This document shows positions 17,383 through 25,722 of a DNA stretch of 32,000 nucleotides, piece after piece. The notes under the pieces are model-generated. The model was given only the letters and a program-made list of their open reading frames with translations. It searched no databases and was not told the origin of the DNA. Source of the stretch: Pseudomonas aeruginosa (lineage in GTDB: Bacteria; Pseudomonadota; Gammaproteobacteria; Pseudomonadales; Pseudomonadaceae); NCBI RefSeq assembly GCF_001457615.1, contig NZ_LN831024.1:2280001-2312000 (forward strand). Direction: 5' to 3'. Every line of letters begins with the position of its first letter. The stretch's first letter is position 1. Both the position numbers and the translations under genes were made by a program.

Positions 17383-18132
17383 GTGGTGAGCGAAGAACGT
17401 CTGCTGGTCGAGGAGCGCGACGAATACGGGGTCATCCGGGTCATCGAGTCCGGCGACTATCGCTTCCTCGAGTTCGGCGACGGTGTCGAGCAGAGCTGCG
17501 TGTTCATGCCCGATCCAGCCTGGCTGGAATACGACTACACCCGCGCCATGCTGCTCGGCGGGCTCTGCCATTCGCAACCGCGTCGCGCGTTGTTCCTCGG
17601 TTTCGGCGCCGGCAGCCTGACCCAGGCCTGCCTGCGCCACCTGCCGCTGGAGGAGGCCGAGGCCATCGAGCTGCGCCCGGCGATTCCGCGCCTGGCCCGC
17701 GAGCATCTGGGGCTGCGCGACGACCCGCGCCTGCGATTGCGCATCGGCGACGCACTGGAGAGCCTGGGCGAATGCGCGGAGGCCGACCTGATCTTCCTCG
17801 ACCTCTATACCGATACCGGCCCGTCGGCCGCGCACCTGGCCTGGAATTTCCTCGGTGCCTGCCAGGAGCGCCTCGCCGAGGATGGCTGGCTGGTGATCAA
17901 CCAGTGGAGCGGCACCGATGGCAAGCCGCTGGGCGCGCCGCTGCTGCGCGGGCGCTATCACCATCATTACTGGGAGTGTCCGGTGGCCGAGGGCAACGTG
18001 GTGATGCTGGTGCCGGCGAACCTGGCCCTCGAACTCGACCAGGAAGCCCTGCGGACGCGTGCCGCGGCGCTGGAGCCGCAACTCGGCTATTCGTTGCAGG
18101 GCTATATCGACAGCCTGCGCCCGGCCCAGTAG
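17383..18132 (+). CDS. Spermidine-synthase-like class I methyltransferase-fold protein
   Basis: 249 aa, GTG start after GGGGGGAGG. It has the FLGFGAGS glycine-rich nucleotide-binding loop and DLIFLDLY, resembling the spermine/spermidine synthase family. The substrate is unknown. Confidence 0.75.
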   Translation: MVSEERLLVEERDEYGVIRVIESGDYRFLEFGDGVEQSCVFMPDPAWLEYDYTRAMLLGGLCHSQPRRALFLGFGAGSLTQACLRHLPLEEAEAIELRPAIPRLAREHLGLRDDPRLRLRIGDALESLGECAEADLIFLDLYTDTGPSAAHLAWNFLGACQERLAEDGWLVINQWSGTDGKPLGAPLLRGRYHHHYWECPVAEGNVVMLVPANLALELDQEALRTRAAALEPQLGYSLQGYIDSLRPAQ

Positions 18133-18157
18133 CCAGGGCGCGCGGACAAGGGCCCGG

Positions 18158-18949
18158 CTAGCGTCCTTCGAAGCGTCCCGGGCGGCGTTCCTGGAGAGCG
18201 CGCAGGCCTTCCTTGGCGTCCTCGCTGTCGAGCAGGCGCCTGGCGGCTTCCGGCAACGCAGCGGCGGCGACCGCTTCGCCTTCCAGCAGGGCCTGGCGCG
18301 CCGAGCCGAGGGTGGCGCGCACGCCCAGCGGCGCCTGGGCCGCGACCCGTTCGGCGAGGGCGATGGCGTGGTCGAGGAGGTCCTCCGGGGCGGTGACTTC
18401 CTGCACCAGGCCGAGACGATAGGCTTCGTGGGCGTCGAATTCGTCGCCGGTGAGCAGCCAGCGCATGGCGTTGCCCCAGCCGGCGACCTGATGCATGCGC
18501 AGTGTCGCGCCACCGAACGGGAGGATTCCGCGCTGCACTTCGAGCTGGGCGAAGCGCGCGTTGCTGGCGCAGAGGTTGATGTCGGCCGCCAGCATCAGTT
18601 CGATGCCGATGGTGTAGCAGTAGCCTTGCACGGCCACCACCAGCGGCTTGCTTGGACGCCGGCCGCCGAAGGTGCCCCAGGGATCGACGGCGCCTTCGGG
18701 GAGTTTCCAGCCCTGGCGGAAGGTCTCGCCGACATTGGCCAGGTCCAGCCCGGCGGTGAAATGCTCGCCGTGGGCGAAGAGCAGGGCACAGCGCAACTGG
18801 TCGTCGGCCTCGTATTCGCCGAGCGCGGCGACCAGGTCGTCGAGCATCGGCAGGTCGAAGGCGTTGCGCTTGGCCACGCGGTCGAGGCCGAGCAGCAGCA
18901 GGTGGCCGCGCCGTTCGCGGCTGATGCGTCCTGGGAGGGTGTCGTTCAT
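18158..18949 (-). CDS. Enoyl-CoA hydratase/isomerase (crotonase) family protein
   Basis: 263 aa from ATG 18949 (MNDTLPGRISRERRGHLLLLGLDRVAKRNAF...FTAGLDL...), preceded by AGGAAA. An alternative upstream ATG at 19012 has GGAGAG 7 nt before it and cannot be excluded. Confidence 0.85.
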   Translation of the reverse strand: MNDTLPGRISRERRGHLLLLGLDRVAKRNAFDLPMLDDLVAALGEYEADDQLRCALLFAHGEHFTAGLDLANVGETFRQGWKLPEGAVDPWGTFGGRRPSKPLVVAVQGYCYTIGIELMLAADINLCASNARFAQLEVQRGILPFGGATLRMHQVAGWGNAMRWLLTGDEFDAHEAYRLGLVQEVTAPEDLLDHAIALAERVAAQAPLGVRATLGSARQALLEGEAVAAAALPEAARRLLDSEDAKEGLRALQERRPGRFEGR

Positions 18950-19292
18950 GCGGCGGTTTCCTGGCGGGGGGCGGGCAACGTCGGTATAGACGTCTGGAAT
19001 CGGGATGTCCATTGTCAGTCTCTCCGATGACGCATGTCGGAAAAAACGCACACAAACGTCAAAATTCCGGTATGATGCGCGCCGGTCAAAACTGACCCCG
19101 TTCAGGACCTGCATTTTTCGGAGCGCTGTGCTCTGGCTGTGTATCCGCTCTGCGGATTTCCTTTACGTAATCTTCTAATTCAAAAGCAATCTCGCAAATC
19201 CCCGCCCCAGCTGCCTGGGTGGCCGTTTCGGCCGTACAGGGCATGAGCAGCCATGGGTCATGGGTCTTTGCGGATGTATACGAGGCAAACCC

Positions 19293-20972
19293 ATGACTCA
19301 GGAAACCGTCGGCTTCGCCGCGCTCGGTATTCACCCCAATGTGCTCGCGGCAATCGTCGCCGTAGGCTACGAAGAGCCTTCGCCTATCCAGGCTCAATCG
19401 ATTCCGCTGATCCTCGAAGGCCACGACATGATCGGCCAGGCGCAGACCGGTACCGGCAAGACCGCCGCGTTCGCCCTGCCGCTGCTGTCGCGCATCGACC
19501 CGAGCCGCCGCGAGCCGCAGATGCTGGTGCTGGTGCCGACCCGCGAGCTGGCCCTGCAGGTCGCCACCGCCTGCGAAACCTATTCCAAGCAATTGCCGGG
19601 CGTCGGCGTGGTCGCCGTCTACGGCGGCGCGCCCATGGGGCCGCAGCTGAAGGCCCTGCGCCAGGGCGCACAGATCCTCGTCGCTACCCCCGGCCGCCTG
19701 TGCGACCACCTGCGCCGCGACGAGAAGCTGCTGGCCACCGTCCAGCGCCTGGTGCTCGACGAAGCCGACGAGATGCTCAAGCTCGGCTTCATGGACGACC
19801 TGGAAGTGATCTTCGAGGCGCTTCCCGAATCGCGCCAGACCGTGCTCTTCTCGGCGACCCTGCCGGCGTCCATCCGTGGCATCGCCGAGCGCCACCTGAA
19901 GCAGCCCAAGCACGTCAAGATCGCCGCCAAGACCCAGACCGTGGCGCGCATCGAGCAGGTCCACCTGATGGTCCATGCCGACCAGAAGGCCGGTTCGATC
20001 CAGCGTCTGCTGGAAGTCGAGCAGTTCGACGCGCTGATCGCCTTCGTCCGCACCAAGCAGGCCACCCTCGACTACGCCGAATTGCTCGAGCGCCAGGGCT
20101 ACCGCGCCGCCGCGCTCAACGGCGACATGCCGCAGGCCCAGCGCGAGCGGGTCATCGAGTCGCTGAAGGACGGTTCGCTGGACATCGTCATCGCCACCGA
20201 CGTTGCCGCCCGGGGCCTGGACGTACCGCGCATCACCCACGTGCTGAACATCGACATGCCCTACGACCCCGAGTCCTACGTGCACCGCATCGGCCGTACC
20301 GGCCGTGCCGGCCGGGAAGGGCGCGCGCTGTTGCTGGTGACTCCGCGCGAGCGGCGCATGCTGCAGGTGATCGAGCGGGTCACCGGGCAGAAGGTCGGCG
20401 AAGTCCGCCTGCCGGATGCCGAGACCGTGCTGGAGGCCCGCCTGGCGCGCCTGGCCGCGAGCCTGACGCCCTTGCTCGACAGCGCCGTCGAGCAGCGCGG
20501 CGCGGTGCGCGACGAGCTGTGCCGTCGCCTCGGCTGCGATGCCGAGACCCTGGCCGCCGCATTGCTGGCACGCCTGACCGTCGGCAAGGCGCTGGACCTG
20601 GAGTCGGTGCGCCGCGAACAGCCGCTGACCCCATCGGCACCGCGCGAGCGTGCCGACCGTGGCGAACGCGGCGAGCGCGGCGAGCGTCCGGAGCGCAGCG
20701 GCGAGCGTCGTCCGATGGCGCCGCCGAGCGAAGGCCGTGCCCGCTGCCGCACTGCCCTCGGCGCGCGCGACGGGGTTGCGGCGAAGAACCTGCTGGGCGC
20801 GATCCTCAACGAGGGCGGCCTGTCCCGCGAGGACATCGGTCGCATCCAGATTCGCGATACCTTCAGCCTGATCGAGCTGCCCGAGGCCAATCTCGAGCGC
20901 CTGCTGACCAAGCTCAAGGACACCCGCGTCGCCGGCAAGGCCCTGCGCCTGCGCCGCTATCGCGAGGACTGA
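19293..20972 (+). CDS. deaD: DEAD-box ATP-dependent RNA helicase DeaD/CsdA
   Basis: 559 aa from ATG 19293 (GAGG 7 nt upstream). It has Q-motif GYEEPSPIQ, AQTGTGKT, VLDEADEML, SAT, HRIGRTGRAG, an Arg/Glu/Gly-rich linker and a DeaD-type C-terminal RNA-binding domain. In-frame ATG 19260 is a possible alternative start. Confidence 0.93.
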   Translation: MTQETVGFAALGIHPNVLAAIVAVGYEEPSPIQAQSIPLILEGHDMIGQAQTGTGKTAAFALPLLSRIDPSRREPQMLVLVPTRELALQVATACETYSKQLPGVGVVAVYGGAPMGPQLKALRQGAQILVATPGRLCDHLRRDEKLLATVQRLVLDEADEMLKLGFMDDLEVIFEALPESRQTVLFSATLPASIRGIAERHLKQPKHVKIAAKTQTVARIEQVHLMVHADQKAGSIQRLLEVEQFDALIAFVRTKQATLDYAELLERQGYRAAALNGDMPQAQRERVIESLKDGSLDIVIATDVAARGLDVPRITHVLNIDMPYDPESYVHRIGRTGRAGREGRALLLVTPRERRMLQVIERVTGQKVGEVRLPDAETVLEARLARLAASLTPLLDSAVEQRGAVRDELCRRLGCDAETLAAALLARLTVGKALDLESVRREQPLTPSAPRERADRGERGERGERPERSGERRPMAPPSEGRARCRTALGARDGVAAKNLLGAILNEGGLSREDIGRIQIRDTFSLIELPEANLERLLTKLKDTRVAGKALRLRRYRED

Positions 20973-20989
20973 GGTCCAGCGCGATGAAC

Positions 20990-21018
20990 AAAAGCCCCGC
21001 TTCGGCGGGGCTTTTTCA
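20990..21018. terminator. Rho-independent terminator of deaD, usable in both directions
   Basis: AAAAGCCCCGC-TTCG-GCGGGGCTTTTT. The reverse strand is also followed by TTTTGTT. Confidence 0.85.
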
Positions 21019-21338
21019 TGGGCTTGATGTTTGCTGGCCAGACTGTTTTTCGCGCCTGCCCCGGCTTCTCGTTTCGTCACCCCGGGCGAGCCCCTCTGGC
21101 AAGCGTCTAAAGGAAACAAAGGACTCGCCCAGCCGCCAGGGCAGGCACCACGTCGTGCATGTCAGACCTGCACATACCGAGGCCCTGATCCGCCGCCTAT
21201 CCATGACATCGCGGATAACGCCTATGGCGTTATTCGCGCTACAGGACTATGTCGCTCGCGATTTCCTGGCTGCCAGCCGAGTCCACCCAGCTTGCGGCGG
21301 GAAGCCGATGCTCTCCGCCAGTCCCCCGAGAAACCCTG

Positions 21339-22109
21339 TCAATCGAAGCGATAGATATCCATCCCCAACGAGCCCAGGGTAAAGCCGCTGTGCTCGACGC
21401 GCATCCCGCCGCCGCCCGCGCCGCGGGCGAAGAACAGTGGCAGCAGGTGCTCGTCGCTGGGGTGGTTGCGCGCCGCCCAGGGCGCCTGCCGGCGGTAGTC
21501 GTGAAGCGCGGCCTCGTCGTCGGCCTGGAGCTTTTCCACCATCCAGTCACGGAACTCCCGCGCCCAGGGCGCGATGGCTTCCGGCCCGGCGCGCCAGTCC
21601 AGTTCGCCCAGGTTGTGGGTGATGCTGCCGGAACCGATCAGCAGCACGCCTTCCCCGCGCAGTTGGCGCAGGGCCTGGCCGACGCGGCTCTGCAGGGCCG
21701 GACCGAGGCGGCTCGGCAGGGACAGCTGGAGCACCGGGATGTCCGCCTGCGGGTACATCAGGCTCAGCGGCACCCAGGTGCCGTGGTCGAATGGTCGCTG
21801 TGGGTCGGCCTGGGCCGGCAGGCCGGCGGCCTGGAGCAGTTCGATCGTCCGCTGTGCCAGCGCCGGCTCGCCTTTGGCCGGGTAGCGCACGGCGTAGAGG
21901 GGCGGCGGAAAGCCGTAGAAGTCGTGCCAGATATCCGGCACCGCGGCGCCGGTTACCCGCAGGTCGTCGCTTTCCCAGTGCGCGGAAACCACCAGGATCG
22001 CCTTCGGCCGCGGCAGCTCTGTAGCCAGGCGGCGCAGTTGTACGCCGCTGGCGCCCGGTTCGAGGGCGAGCATCGGTGAGCCGTGGGAAATATAGAGAGT
22101 CGGTAGCAT
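21339..22109 (-). CDS. Class III extradiol dioxygenase, 4,5-DOPA dioxygenase (YgiD/DODA, LigB superfamily)-like
   Basis: 256 aa, MLPTLYISHGSPMLALE...VVSAHWES...GSGSITHNL..., the conserved His-containing blocks of the YgiD family. AGGTGA lies upstream of the ATG. Confidence 0.85.
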   Translation of the reverse strand: MLPTLYISHGSPMLALEPGASGVQLRRLATELPRPKAILVVSAHWESDDLRVTGAAVPDIWHDFYGFPPPLYAVRYPAKGEPALAQRTIELLQAAGLPAQADPQRPFDHGTWVPLSLMYPQADIPVLQLSLPSRLGPALQSRVGQALRQLRGEGVLLIGSGSITHNLGELDWRAGPEAIAPWAREFRDWMVEKLQADDEAALHDYRRQAPWAARNHPSDEHLLPLFFARGAGGGGMRVEHSGFTLGSLGMDIYRFD

Positions 22110-22199
22110 GATTCACCTCGTGACTCGGATGAGCCATGTTCCTCCCTCGATCAATCGAAAACCAGTATATGTTTTTGAGGATACCTATCGACCCAGGCG

Positions 22200-23174
22200 T
22201 TAGGTCGCGGTCTCGCGCGCTACGCCGGTTGGGCTTTCCGCCCAGTAGCGCCGATCGTCGAGGATCGCCCGGTCACGCTCGAACGCCAGGGGCAGGCGTT
22301 CCCTGAGGAAGTCCACCCAGGTGCGGATCTTGGCGTCCAGGTAGCGCCTCGAGGAGTACAGCACGAACACCTCGCGGACATGCAGTCGATGGCCCGGCAG
22401 TAGCCGCAACAGGCTGCCTTCCTGCAGCGCGCGGGCGGCGACTAAGCCGGGCAGCAGGCAGACGCCGAGCCCGGCCGCGGCGGCGGCGGCGCAGGCGGCC
22501 TCGGGAAGGTTGACCTTGAGCGCCTCGTCGAGATCGAGCAGCGTTTCGCCGCGTTCGCCGACGAAGGCCCAGCCCTGCGGGCAGGACGGCGCGGCCACGT
22601 TCAGGCAGCGATGCCGCAGCAGGTCCTCCGGCGTGCGTGGCACGCCATGCCGTGCCAGGTATTCCGGCGCGGCACAGACCACGCTGAACACCTGGCCGAG
22701 ATCGCGGGCGACCAGGGTCGAGTCCGGCAAGGTTCGGCCGAGGGTGATCAGCACGTCCAGGCCTTCCTCGAGCAGGGCCGGGGTGCCCTGGGCCAGCGTG
22801 AGGTCGACGGAGACGTCCGGATGGCCGTCCAGGTAGTCCACCAGTAGCGGCATCAGGTGCTCGAGGCCCAGTTCGGTCACCGCGTGGAGGCGCAGGCGAC
22901 CGCTGGCGTGGGACTGGCTGTCTTCGACGTCCGCCGCGGCGGCGGCGACCGTGCGCAGGATCTGCTTGCAATGCTCGTAGTAGCGCAGACCGCTTTCCGT
23001 CACCACGACGCTGCGCGTATTGCGTTGCAGCAGGCGCGCCGAGAGCGCCTGTTCGAGCCCGGCGACCTGGCGCGAAACGGTCGCCGGAGAGGTCCCCAGC
23101 GCCTGGGCGGCCTGGGTGAAGCTGCCGTGCTCCACCACGCGGACGAAGGTCCGGATACCTTGCAGCAGGTCCAT
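22200..23174 (-). CDS. LysR-family transcriptional regulator
   Basis: 324 aa from ATG 23174, with AAGGAG 6 nt upstream (the track start 23180 is TTG). HTH is IRTFVRVVEHGSFTQAAQALGTSPATVSRQVAGLE. Confidence 0.9.
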   Translation of the reverse strand: MDLLQGIRTFVRVVEHGSFTQAAQALGTSPATVSRQVAGLEQALSARLLQRNTRSVVVTESGLRYYEHCKQILRTVAAAAADVEDSQSHASGRLRLHAVTELGLEHLMPLLVDYLDGHPDVSVDLTLAQGTPALLEEGLDVLITLGRTLPDSTLVARDLGQVFSVVCAAPEYLARHGVPRTPEDLLRHRCLNVAAPSCPQGWAFVGERGETLLDLDEALKVNLPEAACAAAAAAGLGVCLLPGLVAARALQEGSLLRLLPGHRLHVREVFVLYSSRRYLDAKIRTWVDFLRERLPLAFERDRAILDDRRYWAESPTGVARETAT

Positions 23175-23210
23175 TTCCAACTCCTTCGCCGGTCCGCGCC
23201 CGGCGCCGTC

Positions 23211-24650
23211 TCAGCCCGACGCCGGGTCGGACGTTGGGCTCCAGCCGCCGCCCAGCGCCTTGTAGAGGTTGACCAGGGTCAGCGACACCGCTTCGTCGCT
23301 GGCGACCTGCTGTTCCTGGTTGTCCAGCAGTTGCCGCTGGCTGTCGAGCACGCTGAGGAAGTCCACCGCGCCGGCGCGGTATTGCTCGCGGGCGCTCTGC
23401 AGGGCGCGGCGGTTCTGCGCCACGGCTTCGCCGAGGCGCTCCTGGCGGCGCTGGTTGGCGGCGTAGTCGTGCATCGCGTCGTCGACTTCCTGCCAGGCAC
23501 GCAGCACGGTGCGCTGGTAGTCGATGGCGGCTTCCTGCTGCTGTGCCTCACGTAGCTCCAGGAGTCCGCGCAGGCGTCCGCCTTCGAAGATCGGCAGGCT
23601 GAACGCCGGGCCGATGGCGAACTGGCGATGGTCCCAGTCGCCCAGGCTGGACAGTTGCAGGGATTCGAAACCGAAGTTGCCGTTGAGCGTGATGCGCGGA
23701 TAGAAGTCCGCCTTGGCCACGCCGATGCTGGCGGTAGCCGCGTGCAGGCGCGCTTCGGCACGGCGGATGTCGGGGCGGCGCTGGGCCAGTTCGGACGGCA
23801 GGCCGACCGGCACGCTGCCCGGCGGACGCGGAATCGCCCGCGCCGGGCCGAGTTCGGCGAGCAGGCTGCCGGGGCTGGCGCCGACCAGGTAGCCGAGGGC
23901 GTTGACCAGGTGCGCCTGGTTCTTTTCCACCTCGGGCAGGCGTGCCTCCATGCTGGCCACCTGGGCCAGCGCCTGGGCTACCTCGAGGTCGGTGGCGACG
24001 CCGTTGGCCAGGCGCGTGCGGGTGAGTTCCAGGCTGCGCCGTGCGGTCTCGAGGTTGTCGCGGATGATCGCCGCACGGTTCTGTTCGCCACGCAACTGGA
24101 TATAGTCGCGCGCGGCTTCCGCCAGCACCGAGACCTGCACGTCGCGCAGTTCGTTCTCGCTGGCTTCCACCGTCGCGTCGGCGGCTTCCAGCTCGCGTCG
24201 CACGCGGCCCCAGAAGTCCAGCTCCCAGGAGGCGTCGAAGCCGGCCAGGGCGTGGTTGTAGTTGCCTTTGCCGGCCTTGCCGGAGGGATCGAACAGGCCG
24301 GCGCTGGTGGTCCGCTGGCGCTGGTAGGTGCCGCTGGCGTCCACCGAGGGCAGGGCGTCACCGCCGAGGCTGCGACGGATCGCGCGGCTCTGCTGCAGGC
24401 GCGCCGCGGCGCTGCGCAGGTCGAGGTTGGCACGCTGGACCCGTTGCAGCAGGGCGTTCAATTGCGCGTCGTCGAACAGCGTCCACCATTGGGCTGCGAG
24501 CGGCGCGGCGGTGAGGTGGCTGGGGTTGCCGGCAGCGGCCTGGAGCGACCATTCGCCGGGCGCAGGGCGGTCCGGGCGGGTGAAGTCGGGGCCGAGGCTG
24601 CAGGCGCCGAGCGCCAGGCTGGCAATAAGCAGGAGCGGAGTGCCTTTCAT
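23211..24650 (-). CDS. opmA: NodT/OprM-family outer-membrane efflux lipoprotein
   Basis: 479 aa with lipobox LALGAC and duplicated OEP repeats. Its ATG overlaps the stop of the upstream membrane-fusion gene (ATGA). The symbol is from my memory of the PAO1 Opm nomenclature. Confidence 0.88.
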   Translation of the reverse strand: MKGTPLLLIASLALGACSLGPDFTRPDRPAPGEWSLQAAAGNPSHLTAAPLAAQWWTLFDDAQLNALLQRVQRANLDLRSAAARLQQSRAIRRSLGGDALPSVDASGTYQRQRTTSAGLFDPSGKAGKGNYNHALAGFDASWELDFWGRVRRELEAADATVEASENELRDVQVSVLAEAARDYIQLRGEQNRAAIIRDNLETARRSLELTRTRLANGVATDLEVAQALAQVASMEARLPEVEKNQAHLVNALGYLVGASPGSLLAELGPARAIPRPPGSVPVGLPSELAQRRPDIRRAEARLHAATASIGVAKADFYPRITLNGNFGFESLQLSSLGDWDHRQFAIGPAFSLPIFEGGRLRGLLELREAQQQEAAIDYQRTVLRAWQEVDDAMHDYAANQRRQERLGEAVAQNRRALQSAREQYRAGAVDFLSVLDSQRQLLDNQEQQVASDEAVSLTLVNLYKALGGGWSPTSDPASG

Positions 24651-25711
24651 TGCTGGGCAACCTCGGCGGAGCGGGTGCCGGTCGCGGTGTCGATCCGTGC
24701 TTCCACCGACATGCCCACACGCAACTTGCCCGCCATGGCCTGGCGCGGCTCGAGAACGATCTTCACCGGGATCCGCTGGACCACCTTGGTGAAGTTGCCG
24801 GTGGCGTTGTCCGGGGCGATCGGCGCGAAGCTCAGGCCGGTGGCCGGTGCGATGCTGTCGACATGGCCGCGCAGAACCTTGTCGGGGAAGGTGTCGACGC
24901 GGATTTCCACGGCCTGTCCGGGAGAGACGTGGGTCAGTTGGGTTTCCTGGAAATTGCCGACCACGTAGGCCTGCTGCAGGGGCACCACCGCCAGCAGCGC
25001 GCTGCCCGGCGTGACATAGGCGCCGACGCGCAGTTGGCGGCGGCCGACCTGGCCGTCGAAGGGGGCGCGGAGTTCGCAGTAGGAGAGGTCCAGGCGGGCC
25101 TGGTCGCGTCGCGCCTGCATGCGTTGCAGGTCGCCACGGGCCTGGCCGACGCGGGCTTCGAGGACGCTCACCTGCTTGCGCGTGGCATCCACCGCGGCCT
25201 GGCCCTCGGCCAGCCGGGCGCTGGCGGTATCGATCCGCGATTGCGCCTGCTGGGCGTTCTGCAGGCTGCCGGCGCCCTTGCTGGCGAGGGTCTGGTAGCG
25301 GCTTTGCTCGTGACGGGCGAAGACCAGCTCGGCCTGCTCGGCGCGGACCTTGGCCCGCGCCTGTTCGATCAGCGCCTGCTGGCGTTGCAGGTTGGCCTCG
25401 GCATTGGCCAGGTTGGCCTCGGCACCGAGCACGTCGGCTTCGGCGGCGGCCAGGGCGGTGCGGAAGTCGCGGTCGTCGAGGCGGGCGAGCAACTGGCCGG
25501 CCTTGACCGGCTGGTTGTCCTCGACCAGAACGTCCTGGACGAAGCCGGCGACTTTCGGCGCGACCAGGGTGAAATCGGCGTGCACATAGGCGTCGTCGGT
25601 GCTCTGCACGACCCGTGGGGCGAGCAGGTGGAACAGCAGGTAGACCAGTAGGGTCAGGACCAGCAGGGCGGCGAGCAGCAGGCTGCCCTTGCGCGAAGTG
25701 ATGAACGACAT
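24647..25711 (-). CDS. HlyD/EmrA-family membrane-fusion (periplasmic adaptor) protein
   Basis: 354 aa from ATG 25711 (MSFITSRKGSLLLAALLVLTLLVYLL...) with one N-terminal TM helix, a long coiled-coil hairpin and a beta-barrel domain. The 804-aa track ORF is this gene plus an upstream shadow extension. Confidence 0.9.
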   Translation of the reverse strand: MSFITSRKGSLLLAALLVLTLLVYLLFHLLAPRVVQSTDDAYVHADFTLVAPKVAGFVQDVLVEDNQPVKAGQLLARLDDRDFRTALAAAEADVLGAEANLANAEANLQRQQALIEQARAKVRAEQAELVFARHEQSRYQTLASKGAGSLQNAQQAQSRIDTASARLAEGQAAVDATRKQVSVLEARVGQARGDLQRMQARRDQARLDLSYCELRAPFDGQVGRRQLRVGAYVTPGSALLAVVPLQQAYVVGNFQETQLTHVSPGQAVEIRVDTFPDKVLRGHVDSIAPATGLSFAPIAPDNATGNFTKVVQRIPVKIVLEPRQAMAGKLRVGMSVEARIDTATGTRSAEVAQQ

Positions 25712-25722
25712 ACAGCGACCTT

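Noticed and set aside
20661-20687. Three tandem 9-nt units GGCGA(A/G)CG(C/T) inside deaD
   Set aside because: They simply encode the GER-GER-GER part of the low-complexity Arg/Glu/Gly linker of the helicase. This is not an independent repeat element, although it could vary in copy number between strains.
21016-21354. 62-aa (reverse) and 107-aa (forward, TTG start) ORFs in the deaD-dioxygenase spacer
   Set aside because: No SD is present. AGG, AGA, GTA and TGT rare codons are frequent, GC3 is far below that of neighbouring genes, and I recognise no motif.
19086-21382. 677-aa antisense ORF and 709-aa alternative-frame ORF covering deaD
   Set aside because: Both are low-complexity Arg/Ala/Gly/Pro translations. 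The DEAD-box frame carries every helicase motif and the GC3 bias.
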